Below are positions 25,031 to 36,374 of a stretch of 44,661 nt of DNA, in pieces (positions within the stretch are counted from its first letter, which is position 1; every line of letters begins with the position of its first letter). The stretch comes from Chiloscyllium plagiosum. Its lineage: Eukaryota. The position numbers were made by a program, and so were the translations under genes. A model generated the notes under the pieces. It was not told the DNA's origin and ran no database searches. It saw only the letters and a list, made by a program, of their open reading frames with translations. Where the stretch lies: contig NC_057718.1 of assembly GCF_004010195.1 (NCBI RefSeq), positions 58,607,868-58,652,528 of the forward strand, given 5' to 3'.

Positions 25031-25202
25031 AATTCCGAAATAGCCTCTTTCAATTATCAATTAAGCTGTGAGTTTAGAACTGCTGAGCTAATTATGGTTT
25101 TGGAAATTCAGGCAAGCATTCATAATGACATAATATTAACTTTTGGGAATCAGACAACAAATTATTCTATTTCAACTGTACTAACAGACTGTATTTTTCT
25201 TC

Positions 25203-25750
25203 AAAGTTTGGGAGAAGATTTGTAGCTCGGGTGCTCGCTGTTGTGGTTCTGTTTGCCGAGCTCCCAGATGTGTTGCAGACGTTTTGTCCCCTGTCTAGGT
25301 GACATCCTCAGAGCTTGGGAGCTTCCTATGAAGCGCTTCTGTGATGTTTTCTCCGGCATTTATAGTGATTTGTACCTGCCGCTTCCGGTTGTCAGTTCCA
25401 GCTGTCCGCTGCAGTGGCCGGTATATTGGGTCCAGGTCGATGTGCTTATTGATTGAATCTGTGGATGTGTGCCATGCCTGTAGGAATTCCCTGGCTGTTC
25501 TCTGTTTGGCTTGTCCTATAATAGTAGTGTTGTCCCAGTCGAACTCATGTTGCTTGTCATCTGAGTGTGTGGCTACTAAGAATAGCTGGTCATGTCGTTT
25601 CGTGGCTAGTTGGAGTTCATGGATGCGGATCGTTAGCTGTCTTCCTGTTTGTCCTATGTAGTGTTTTGTGCAGTCCTTGCATGGGATTTTGTACACTACA
25701 TTGGTTTTGTTCATGCTGGGTATGGGGTCCTTCATCCTGGTGAGTTGTTG
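25203..25750 (-). mobile_element. Penelope-like element family B: GIY-YIG C-terminus plus pLTR
   Basis: ORF 25295-25735(-) NVVYKIPCKDCTKHYIGQTGRQLTIRIHE...FDWDNTTIIG...REFLQAW; degenerate hammerhead at 25278-25311. Confidence 0.92.
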
Positions 25751-27220
25751 TATTTTTCTTCCCTAATCCCCAACAATAATTTGAACAGTCAAAGCAGTCT
25801 AGCAGTCTGGTTTTTCTGTAAATTTGTCTTGGTAACTTAAGCCTTTTATTTCACTTTTAGATCAAAGAACAGGCGATTTAAAGAACTTCAGATCATGACA
25901 TTTACCGACCTTACATACGCTTCAAGAGCATTTGTGTCTCATTCATCAATTATGATGCCCATTTTGCAGATTAAGGTCCCTGTAACAGTCAAAATCTGGT
26001 GTATTTGAACCTGCACTAATTTTGAATGTCCCTGCTGAGTTTTATTTTCCTGCCTGCATGAATCATGGCCTGTCCCCTTCTCTCTTCTGACTAAATTTGT
26101 TTTGTTAAAAGGTGGACTGGGTCCTGAAACATGTAGTTTCTGATTTTTGAGTGGTTCAAATCACTCCCGGATCCCTGGTTCTGGACACTGGACTTCTTTA
26201 TGGAATGCGAAATGAAGTGGCAGTTGACATGTTTCAGGGCAAAAGAATCTCTGTGTTTATTTAAAATACTAAAGGTAATTTTAATATAAGAAAATAGTTA
26301 ATGCAATTAAACAGGAAATTGCCGCAATTGCAGAACAGTGGTACTTAAAATACACAAGTAACTATATGACTATTATGAGAATACTATCCTATAAGTATAC
26401 TACACACAGGAAACAACAGTGTTTAATTTCAGACACTTTAATTAGAATTCCTACCCTTGGGGTCCCAATGCACTATCACCATCCACCTTCCCCCTCCTTG
26501 CTAGATGAGTCAGAACTTTGGGGTCTCGGGAGCTTATGCTCACCACTCAAAACATGGTTTTGAAGTGCACCCAGTTGTTGAGGTCATTGCCATCGGTTCT
26601 CTTGATTCAGAACAGGCCCGTGTCTGGAAGCTCTTGTTCAGATGGTGCTTAGTTGGCTTCCCCCCCTCTCAGATGTCCTTTGTTCCATGAATGCTCTTGG
26701 TTTGGCTTCCTGATTCAGCTTCTCTGTTCAGTCTCTTGATTCAGCCTCTGTGATTCTTGGTTCTTGGTTGGGAGTGGAAGCCTGTGAGGAAGCTGTTCGT
26801 GCAGAAGCTTATTGTTGAGAAAAGCCGCACCCCTCTGGTGAGATCAGGGCTGGCAGTTATACTGACTGTGCCTCATTATCTCCCCTCAAATCTGTAGTTT
26901 TCTTCAAGGTCTTTATGTTCTCTTCTGAAGTTATTTGGCTATTTAGATGATTAGAGTTTGTGTGAATGGGTTTTGATCGGGGTAGAATGTCCAGTATCTC
27001 TGTAGGCCCCATACCATCTGCACTTTACAGCCCAAGGTATAAAACCTGTCTCTGGCTAGGGCCTGTTAATTTTGGTCGATTGTTCTTTGAGAGGGGTGGT
27101 GAAAATTGGAATTCCAGGCTGAACAATAATCCCAGAACAGCAGTCTCTATTCCCAGGCCTTGCTAGTTGTGTATTTCCTGCAGACTCATTTCAACTTTCA
27201 TTTATCCTTTAAAAATTATG

Positions 27221-27293
27221 AGAAGTCCAGGGTTTTGTTCAGTATTTTAGATATTGGAAGAAGTCCAGAGTTTTGTCCAATATTTTAGATATT
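27221..27293. repeat. Imperfect 38-bp tandem duplication
   Basis: AGAAGTCCAGGGTTTTGTTCAGTATTTTAGATATT and AGAAGTCCAGAGTTTTGTCCAATATTTTAGATATT. Confidence 0.85.
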
Positions 27294-27899
27294 CAAATTT
27301 TTGCTTGATCCTATAAATGGCATCCACAATTTTGAAATATCCATGGAGTTTTTTCAACTTTAATAAAATCTGGGTTTGTGGAAGTCACAACAACAGACAG
27401 ATTCCAGTGCAAGTGTTAAAGCAAAATGTCTATTTCCAAAGCTAAATGATACATTCTAATTAGGTCATGTATTAATTGTTTACTAAAATTACCTGAGTAA
27501 TCAGTTGACTGTTAAAAGTCAAAGTGAGAATAGATAAGTAATGTTGACACAGATGAAACTGTGCTATCACTTGTTTTATTGCTTGGACTTTCTTGGATCT
27601 ATATCTGGTGACAATGTAAATCATGTGGAACCAAAACAACTATTATTGAAATTTATTTATGAAAATAAATATAGATGTTTGTTTTACTTCTTAAATTCCT
27701 TATTTTAATATAAGTAACTGGTGGAAGTTGATTTGAATGTGAAAAAATATTAAACTGCACAGTAGAAAGATTTTTTTGGAGTATTGGGATTCTTTTCAAA
27801 ACACTAAGGCATTGAAATTGCATTCTATGATGTTAGCATGACAACCCTTGGTGAGCTTAGTTTTGAATAACTTACTGGGTAGAATTATATGAGGATTCT

Positions 27900-28320
27900 C
27901 CTCTATGACATGTCAATCATTGGTTTCCTCCATTGCCACAGTGAATCAGACTGCAAATTGGAGGAACTTCATCTTCTGCCTGGGCAGCCTACAGCCTGGA
28001 GGACTCAACATTGAGTTCTCCAATTTCAGATAACCTTCCCACCTCACCCTAACTTCCTTTTCAGCCCTGACTTCTCCCTTCCATCTCTCCAGCTGACCCC
28101 TCCTTCCAGCTATCAACCGGATTTGTTCCTCCTATCAACCTACCAGGTATTCACCTGTCACCATCTCTCTACTCTGCCCCTTACCCACCTATAACCCTTC
28201 CCCTTTATCTGCAACTCCCCCTACCCCCACCTCCATTCCTGAAGAAGGGTTATACCTGAAATCTTGAACTTCTGATGCTGTCTGTCTTACTGTGCTCTTC
28301 CAGCCTCCTGCTTGCCTGCT
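27900..28320 (+). mobile_element. Penelope family A-related 3' fragment
   Basis: IFCLGSLQPGGLNIEFSNF, then a C-rich pLTR and CTGAAGAAGGGTTATACCTGAAA. Confidence 0.8.
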
Positions 28321-28342
28321 TTGAATTACATGAGGAGCTGGA

Positions 28343-28469
28343 TTGGTGCTGTAAGTGGACAATGAAGAAGGTTATCTAAGATTACAAAGAGATCTTAGTC
28401 AATTTGGTGCTGTAAGTGGACAATGAAGAAGGTTATCTAAGATTACAAAGAGATCTTAGTCAATTTGGT
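28343..28469. repeat. Perfect 61-bp tandem duplication at the LINE 5' end
   Basis: 28343-28403 is identical to 28404-28464, with TTGGT microhomology. Confidence 0.95.
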
Positions 28470-29316
28470 CAGTTGGCTGAAGAGTGGTAAATGGAGTTTA
28501 TTTTGGATAAATGTAAGGTATTACATTTTGGTAAAACAAACAAAGATAAGACTTATACACTTCAAAGTAGGGGCTTGGGCAGTGTTGTAGAATGGAGAGA
28601 CGCAGGGATTCAGGTACATCATTCTTTTGAAGTTTGCATTACATCTAGATAAGGTGGTTAAGAAGGCATTTAGCTTGCTTCACCTCATTGCTTAGACCTT
28701 GGAATAGAGGAGGTGGGACATTTCAGTTGAGGTTGTGCAGGATATTGGTGAAGCCTCTTCTGGGGTACCGTGCCCAGTTATGGTCACCCTGTTATAGGAA
28801 GGATATTATTAATCTGGAGAAGGTTCAGAAGAGATTTACCAGGATGTTGCCTAGAATGGAGGGTTTGAGTTATAAAGAGAGACTGGATAAGCAGGGACTT
28901 TTTTTACTGGAGCATAGGAGGTTGAGAGGTGACCTTGTAAAGGGTTATGAAGTCATGAGGGATATAGATAAGGTGAGTGGCAGGTGTCTTTTCACTAGGG
29001 CGAGGGATTTCTAAACTAGGGGGCATGTTTTTAAGGTCAGAGAAAGTTTTAAAAAAGACACGAGAGGCAATTTCTTTACACAGAGAATGGTTTGTGTGTG
29101 GAATGAATTTTCAGTGGAAGTGCTGGATGCAGCTAGAGTTTCAACTTTTAAAAGACATTTAGCTAAGTAAGTGAATAAGAAGTGTTTGGAATGATATGGA
29201 TCAAGCACAGGCAGGTGGAGCTAGTTTATTAGTTTAGGATTATGGTCTGCATGGACGGTTGGATCAAAGAGTCTTTATCTGTGCTATATGACTGTACAAC
29301 TCTATAACTCTATGAC
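28343..29316 (+). mobile_element. CR1/HER1 LINE, 5'-truncated
   Basis: LVKPLLGYRAQLWSPCYRKDIINLEKVQKRFTRMLPRMEGLSYKERL...RRLRGDL; tail AACTCTATAACTCTATGACT. Confidence 0.9.
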
Positions 29317-29384
29317 TGTTAGCAGAAAGATAAGTAAAACATCTAAATTCATCTCTATTTGAAGCCACTCATGAACAGGACTGA

Positions 29385-30330
29385 AACAGACACAGAAATT
29401 GCTGAAAAACTCAGTATGCCTGGCAGCATTTGTGGAGAAAAATGGAGCTATGTTTTCAAGCCTGTTACTTTTCACCAGAAATGAGGGCAATTCAAAGGTT
29501 TGGAAGCAAGGTGGGGAAGGTGAGAAACCAAATGGAAGGTTTACAACAGTGTGAAGTACACTGCTGATTAAATAGCAAAGGATTTCATGATGTCACAGCC
29601 AAAAGAATAGTAATGGGTTAAGAAAATAAATAAAAGCTAAATTTAAATGAGATGTGAATGGCATATTAGCAGCTATCTGAAGTGGCAGTAACAGGATTAA
29701 AAAAGAAGAGAAATCTAATCAAGCTGATTGGGGCAGAGGTTATGACCTGAAATTATTAAACTCAGTGTTAAATTGAAAACTCTGTAAAATGCCAAGTTGA
29801 ATAACAATGTAGTGTTCCGTTCCATTAGAACATGGCAGCCAATCAAGTACAGAAAGGTTTAGGTATGAAAAAGAAACATAATTGAAGTGGCAAATGAAAG
29901 AAAGGAAGATCAGGGTCCTGACTGCAGACTGAACAAATATGCTTTTCCATGCAGTGCTCCAATCTACATTTGGTCTCCCTAGTAGAGAAGAAGCCACATT
30001 GTGAGTCATAACACTTTATACAAAATTGAAACAAGTAAATGTGAATCATTATTCGTATGAAAGCAGTGTTCAGAACCTTGGATTGTGAGAAAGGATGAGG
30101 TAAAAGAACAAGTGCTGCATATTTTGCACTTGCACGGAAAGAAGTCACAGTGAAGTGCTGAATGAGGAGTGGATCAGGGAGTCACAGAAAGAAAGGATGT
30201 TTTGGAATGTTGAAAGGGGACAGTAGGAGAAGATGTAATTGTTGGTGGCATTATACTACAAGTGGAGAAATGGCAAAGTGCGATCTGTTGAATGCACAGC
30301 CCGGTGGATGCATTCTTCTTTGATGAAATT
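29385..30330 (-). mobile_element. Old Penelope-like element (GIY-YIG remnant plus pLTR)
   Basis: SQCGFFSTRETKCRLEHCMEKHICSV; IVIQLGILQSFQFNTEFNNF, homologous to the 18696-19612 C-terminus. Confidence 0.72.
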
Positions 30331-30377
30331 GGAAGATACATGAAGTGCTACTATGAAATATTCCACTTTTTTTTTCA

Positions 30378-30535
30378 CTTGCAGGATATGGGCAACGTTG
30401 GCTGGCCAGCATCTTTTATTGTCCATTCCTAGTTACCCTCAACAAAGCTAGTGGTGGAGAACTGCATTCTTGAATGCTATAGTCCATGTGCTATAGGTTA
30501 TCTCACAATGCCATTAGGGAAGGAATTTCAGAATA
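30378..30535 (-). mobile_element. Isolated 3' tail of LINE family 2
   Basis: GGATATGGGCAACGTTGGCTGGCCAGC... homologous to 30600-30750 and to the reverse complement of 38340-38440. Confidence 0.75.
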
Positions 30536-31499
30536 TGTACAACAAAATCACTCTGAACATCAGTACTTTCCAGAGTCCTATCCATCTTGTTGATTTCACT
30601 CGTGGGATGTGGGTATCAATGGCTGGCCAGCATTTATTGCCCATCCCTAGTTGCCCTTGAGAAGGTGATGGTAAGCTTCTTAAACCACTGCAGTCTACAT
30701 GCTGTAGATTGACCCACAATGCCCTTAGGGAGGGAATTCCAGGATTTTGACCCAACAACAGTGAAGGAACAGCAATATACTTCCAAGTCAGGATGATTAT
30801 TGGCTTGGAGAGGAGCTTGCAGGTAGTGGTGTTCTCATGTATCTGGTGTCCTTGTCATGATCATGGATTTGGAAGGAGCTGCTGAAGGATCTTAGTTGAA
30901 TTTTAGCAGTGCATCTTGTAGATAGCACACTGCTGCTTTGACAGTCGGTGGTTGGGGGGGTGGGCTGTGGCGGGGGAGGGGGGGGAATGTTTGTGGGTGT
31001 AGTACCTATCCAGCAGGCTGCTTTGTCTTGGATGGTGTAAAGCTTCGAGTGTTTGGGCTTCACCCATCTAGGAAAGTGAGGAGAATTCCGTCACACTCCT
31101 ACCTTGTGCTTTGTAGATGGTGGACAGGATTTGGGGAGTCAGGAGGTGAGTTACTTAATGCAGTACTACGAGCCAATGACTTCTTTCATAGCTGTTGTTT
31201 TTTTATGGAAAGTCCAGTTGAGTTTCTAGTCAATGGTAACTCCAAGAATGTTGATAGTGGGGATTTCAGTGTTGGTGACACCACTGAATGTCAAGGAGCA
31301 GTAAGTAGTTTGTTTCTTATTAGAGATGGTCATTGGATTACATAAGTTGATAGAATACAGATGGAGAGAATGGAATTCTTACCGATTTGCTCATGGGTTG
31401 TAGGTATCACTGGCTAGGCTAGCATTATTGCCCATCCACAATTGTCTTTTACCTTGGAGACAAGGAAACACTGTGCAATCTTCAGCAAACATTACACTG

Positions 31500-31885
31500 C
31501 TCAACATTTTTCCCTGGAGTATCGGAAGGGCGATCTTAGAGAAGTTAATAAAATCATGAGAGGCATGGACAGTGTGAATAACCAAGGTCCTTGTCCCAGG
31601 GTAGGGAAGTCCAAAACTAGCAGGCATAGGTTTAAGGTGAGAGAGGAAAGATTTAAAAAAGGCCTGAGAGTTAACCTTTTCAAGCAGAGGATGGTGCATA
31701 TGTGAAACGAGCTGCCAGAATAAGTGGTGGAGGCAGATACATTTAAAAGGCACCTGGAATAGTTTATGAATAGGAAAGGCTTATGGTGCAAATGCTGACA
31801 AATGGAAGTATATCAGTTTGGGACATCTGGTCCATGTAGATGAGTTGGACCAAAGAGTCTGTTTCCATGCGGTATGACTCCATGA
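31500..31885 (+). mobile_element. HER1 3' fragment nested in LINE family 2
   Basis: GDLREVNKIMRGMD...RHRFKVREERFK; tail GGTATGACTCCATG. Confidence 0.85.
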
Positions 31886-32728
31886 AGTAGTGGAAGATGT
31901 TTGAGCCTAGGATACAACCCTGAGGAACTCCTGCTGTGATGTATCAAGCCTGAGACAACTGATTTCCAACAACCAGAAGCATATTCCTTCATACCAGGTA
32001 TCACTCCAAGCCCTGGAAAGTTTTCCCTGTATTCCCATTGACTCCAGTTTTGCTTGGGCTCCTGTACGTAATACCCAGTCAAATGCTAACTTTGTGTTAA
32101 GAGCAGTCACTCTCACCTTCCCTCTGGATTTTAACTCTTCTGCCCATGTTTAGACCAAGAGTGTAATGAGGTCAGGAACTGACAGCCCCTGCTAGAACTG
32201 AAACTGAGTGTCGATGCGTAGGTTGTTCCTATGCAAATGTAGCTCGATAGCACTGTTGATGACACCTTCTATCACTTTATTGATGATCAAGAATATGCTG
32301 CTAGGGTTAAAATTGGCTGTGCTGGATTAGTCCTGCTATATGTGCCCAGGACATATCTGGGTAATTTTTGACATTCTTAGTTACCTGCTAGTATTGTTGT
32401 TGTGTTGGAGTAGCTTGCTGATGGGCACAGCTAGTTCTGTAGTCTTCAATATTATTGTCAGAATGTTGTCATGGCCCACAGCCTTTGCGGTATTCAATGC
32501 TTTTGATCATTTCTTGATATCACATTGAGTGAATCAAATGGGTTGAACACTACCATCTGTGATACTGGGAGACCTCAGGACAAGGCTGAGATAGATCATC
32601 CACTTGACGTTTTGATAAAAGTGGATGCAAATATTTCAGCCTTGCCTTTTGCACTAATTTGCAAGGTTAACCCATCATTGGGGAGAGGGATATTAGTGCA
32701 GCCTCTCCTTTTGGTTAGTTATTTAACT

Positions 32729-33669
32729 TAGCGAGTTTTGAGAAGATTTGTAGCTCAGGTGGAGGTTCTGCATGTAGGTTTGCTCGCTGAGCTGGAAGGT
32801 TCATTTCCCGACGTTTCGTCACCCTACTAGGTAACATCTTCAGTGGGCTTCCGGGCGAAGCAATCATCCTAACATCCACAAAAGAAGCTGCATCAGAATA
32901 TTATTTCAATGAGCCACCTCACATTGCAGCACAGAGGAACTAGGCAGAGCAGAGGAAAATTACCTATACCGAGTATTCAAAAAGAATGGGTACCCAATGA
33001 ACACAGTCCACCACTTTCTCAGCAACAAACCCAAGCAAGCAGACAAAACATGTCCAGAAACCTTAGCCACTCTCCCCTACATCAAAGACATCTTGGAAAT
33101 GACTGTCAGACTACTCAGACCCTTTGGCACCATGGTAGCACACAAACCCACCAACACACTGAAACAGTAGCTAATGAACTTGAAAGACCATATACAGACA
33201 ACAAGCAAAGCTAATATCTTTTACACAATACCGTGCAAGAACTATAACAAACACTACATTGGACAAACAAGCAGAAAACCAGCCACCAGTATACATGAAC
33301 ATCAACTAGCCACAAAATGACATGACCCTCTCCCACTAGTATTTTTATACACAGATGAAGAAGGACACCACTTCAACTAGGACAACACATCTATCCTAGG
33401 ACAAGCCAAACAGAAACACGCACGAGAATTCCTCGAAGCAAGGCATTCCAACCGGAACTCTATCAATAAACAAATTGAGTTAGATCCCATCTACCACCCC
33501 TGAGAAAAAGAACAGGAAATGACAGCACCACAGGAAATTGCATCACCATCAGAAATGACAAAGAAACCCAAACATATAAATAGAAAGCAGGAATCATCAG
33601 CAGTGCTTCGCCCGGAGGCCCACAACATCTGAAAATGAACCTTCCTGGTCAGCGAGCAAACCTACATGC
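32729..33669 (+). mobile_element. Penelope-like element family B with an inverted 5' pLTR
   Basis: 12-bp TSD AGTTATTTAACT (32717-32728 and 33670-33681); IFYTIPCKNYNKHYIGQTSRK GIY-YIG; 32770-32862 is an inverted copy of 33600-33669. Confidence 0.92.
32810..32843 (-). ncRNA. Minimal hammerhead ribozyme core (PLE family B)
   Basis: CUGAAGA-U-GUUACC(UAGUAG)GGUGAC-GAAAC-GUC. Confidence 0.75.
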
Positions 33670-34284
33670 AGTTATTTAACTATCCTTTACCATTCACAAC
33701 TGGTTGGGCAAGATTGCGGAGTTTCAATTTGACCCATTAGTTATGGATTTAAATTTGTCTCATCTATTGCGCGTTGATTCCATTGTTTGACCCGTGTTTT
33801 AACTTCATGCATTATCATTTCATTTCATTTCTCAGCACACTGCTGTTGGCATGCCATCTTGCACTCTTCACTGAACCAAGGTTGATTTCTTGATTTGATG
33901 GTGATGGTAGTATGGGGAAATGCCTGGTCATAAGTTAACAGACTTTTGTTGAATCCACGTCCATTCCTATTGGTGGCCAAAGGCAGCCCATGGATGCCCA
34001 GTTTTGAGTTGCTACCTCTATTGCAAATCAATTTAGGACATTGAGACTTTTACACTACATGATGGAGACTGGACTATGCTTGCATAAGCATCGTGTTAAT
34101 GTCCATCTAAGTGATATTACTCCTTTAAGTGATGTTCAACATGGAGGAGTGTTGATTTACCAGCCGAGCGCGGTGCGGTAGCCAGTTGTGATAATTAGCA
34201 CAAGGTTTCCTTGCCCGTGTTTGGCCTGGTAGCATGAGATTTCACGAGGTCCATGAAATTTAATGGACTTAATGTTGAGGACTT

Positions 34285-34716
34285 TCGGTGAGAACTAATT
34301 CCAGAGTGAACAGGCTTGTCTGATGCGTGGAGATTGACCAGTTTAGGCCTTTATTCATTAGATTTTAGAAGGATGAGAGGAGATCTAATTGAGGTATATA
34401 AGAAACCCAAGGGATTAACAAAGTAGATGTCAAGTAGATAATTTGCCTTATGGGCCAATCTAGAATGAGCGGTCATAGTTTTAGGCTAAGGGGTTGCAGA
34501 TCTAAAACAGAGATGAGAAGGAATGACTTCTCTCAATTGGTTGTTAATCTGTAGAATGCACTACCCCAGAGAGTGTTGGATGCTGAGATGCTGAATACAT
34601 TTAAAGGGGAGATCGATTTTTAATTAAAAGGTGATAAGGAAAGTGGATTTGAGACCAAAATTAGATCAGCCATGATCGAATTAATAGCAGAGAGCATCTG
34701 GTCCTCTTAGTTTTTA
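34285..34716 (+). mobile_element. CR1 3' fragment nested in LINE family 2
   Basis: FRRMRGDLIEVYK; GAGATGAGAAGGAATGACTTCTCTCA. Confidence 0.8.
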
Positions 34717-35229
34717 AGTACAGGGTAACTCCCTCTTGATTGTATACCACTGTGCTGCCATCTTCGCTGGGTCTGTCATTGCCAGTGGGACAGAACATAG
34801 TTGATGATAGCAATGTCTTGAACATTGTATATAAGGAATGATTCTGTGAGTATGGCTATGACAGGTCTTGACTAGTCTGTCATACATCTCTCCTATTTTG
34901 GCTCAAACCCCCAGATGTTGGAAAGGAGGGTTGAGAGGTCTGTGTTTACTGTGTCATTCTAAGATGTGGGCCGATGCCGGATTGGTCATGTTTCCTTTAG
35001 ACTTTTTGTTGTCTGAGGCATCTAACTGGCTTGCAAGGCCAAATCAGAGGGCAGTTAAGAATCACTCACGTTGCAGTTTTATGTCTGCCAGGCCAGCTAA
35101 GGATGGAATATTTCTTTCCCTAAGGGGCATTAGTTAACCAGATGGATGTTAACAACAGTTGACAGTCACAATTAGGCTAGATTTTAATTGCAGATTTCAT
35201 TGAATTCAAATTTCACCAGTTGCCATGGT

Positions 35230-35294
35230 GGCATTTGAACCCATGTCCCCAGAACATTATTCTGGATTTCTGGATTGACATTACTACGAAGCCA
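35230..35294 (-). promoter_or_regulatory. Degenerate tRNA-type internal Pol III promoter (A and B boxes)
   Basis: A-like TGGCTTCGTAG (35294-35284); B-like GGTTCAAATGCC (35241-35230). Confidence 0.6.
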
Positions 35295-35455
35295 TCACTT
35301 GTAACAGAAACAGAGTGTGAGGAATTGCAATCAAGTATCTGTCAGCTTGTAATGAATGTGAGACAGGATGTCAAAGAAGGGAAAGAAAGAGTTAGGATTG
35401 AACTCTGAGAAGGAAGAGATGGTTGGAAATTGGGCATGTTACCTGGAATTTTGAC

Positions 35456-35536
35456 AAAAATCACATGACACCAGGTTATAGTCCAATGGGTTTATTGAAA
35501 ACACTAACTTTTGGAGAGCTGCACCTTCCTCAGGTG
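35456..35536 (-). mobile_element. Penelope-like pLTR end (family C) with degenerate hammerhead
   Basis: Minus strand CACCTGAGGAAGGTGCAGCTCTCCAAAAGTTA...AATAAACCCATTGGACTATAACCTGGTG. Confidence 0.55.
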
Positions 35537-35776
35537 TGAACAGCATGCCATTCCTGATGATGCAATTGAAAAGTCATCAGCTTCCGTTCTTTTTGTCTTG
35601 TTGCCCATAAGATTGCAACCATAGTTTGAAATGCTGGGAGGCGTGCATGCAAACAACATACAACTTATAGCCTGGAGAAGCTTTTCATTTGAGAAACCTG
35701 CTGTCAGTTGATAATGTTGCACCTATAGGTCAGCTACCAACTCATGTGCTGGTCAAACAGTAAAATCTGCATCACA

Positions 35777-36276
35777 NNNNNNNNNNNNNNNNNNNNNNNN
35801 NNNNNNNNNNNNNNNNNNNNNNNNNNNNNNNNNNNNNNNNNNNNNNNNNNNNNNNNNNNNNNNNNNNNNNNNNNNNNNNNNNNNNNNNNNNNNNNNNNNN
35901 NNNNNNNNNNNNNNNNNNNNNNNNNNNNNNNNNNNNNNNNNNNNNNNNNNNNNNNNNNNNNNNNNNNNNNNNNNNNNNNNNNNNNNNNNNNNNNNNNNNN
36001 NNNNNNNNNNNNNNNNNNNNNNNNNNNNNNNNNNNNNNNNNNNNNNNNNNNNNNNNNNNNNNNNNNNNNNNNNNNNNNNNNNNNNNNNNNNNNNNNNNNN
36101 NNNNNNNNNNNNNNNNNNNNNNNNNNNNNNNNNNNNNNNNNNNNNNNNNNNNNNNNNNNNNNNNNNNNNNNNNNNNNNNNNNNNNNNNNNNNNNNNNNNN
36201 NNNNNNNNNNNNNNNNNNNNNNNNNNNNNNNNNNNNNNNNNNNNNNNNNNNNNNNNNNNNNNNNNNNNNNNNNNNN
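35777..36276. other. Assembly gap (500 N, probably a scaffold join of arbitrary size)
   Basis: Run of N. Confidence 1.
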
Positions 36277-36374
36277 TCTCCATGGAAGAGGCAAATCCCT
36301 TGCCTTGTGCCATAGAGTTAAACAAGGAAAAGCACTGACCTCAGATAAAACTGCAAAATGTGACAGATGCATGT

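Larger units (their letters stand above)
30595..35300 (-). mobile_element. Near full-length decayed APE-RT LINE (family 2, CR1/L2-like) with three nested insertions and a tRNA-like head
   Basis: Head A/B boxes 35230-35294; APE start NIWGFEPK...ILTES (34919-34840); QPWFSEEC (about 33870); AGVPQG (about 31925); MFAEDCT (about 31480); TIQDKAACWIG (about 31020); 3' tail at 30600. Confidence 0.8.

Noticed and set aside
35554..35580. CTGATGATGCAATTGAAAAGTCATCAG as another hammerhead
   Set aside because: Stem II does not pair convincingly and the CTGATGA box is complementary to the downstream TCATCAG; no PLE context
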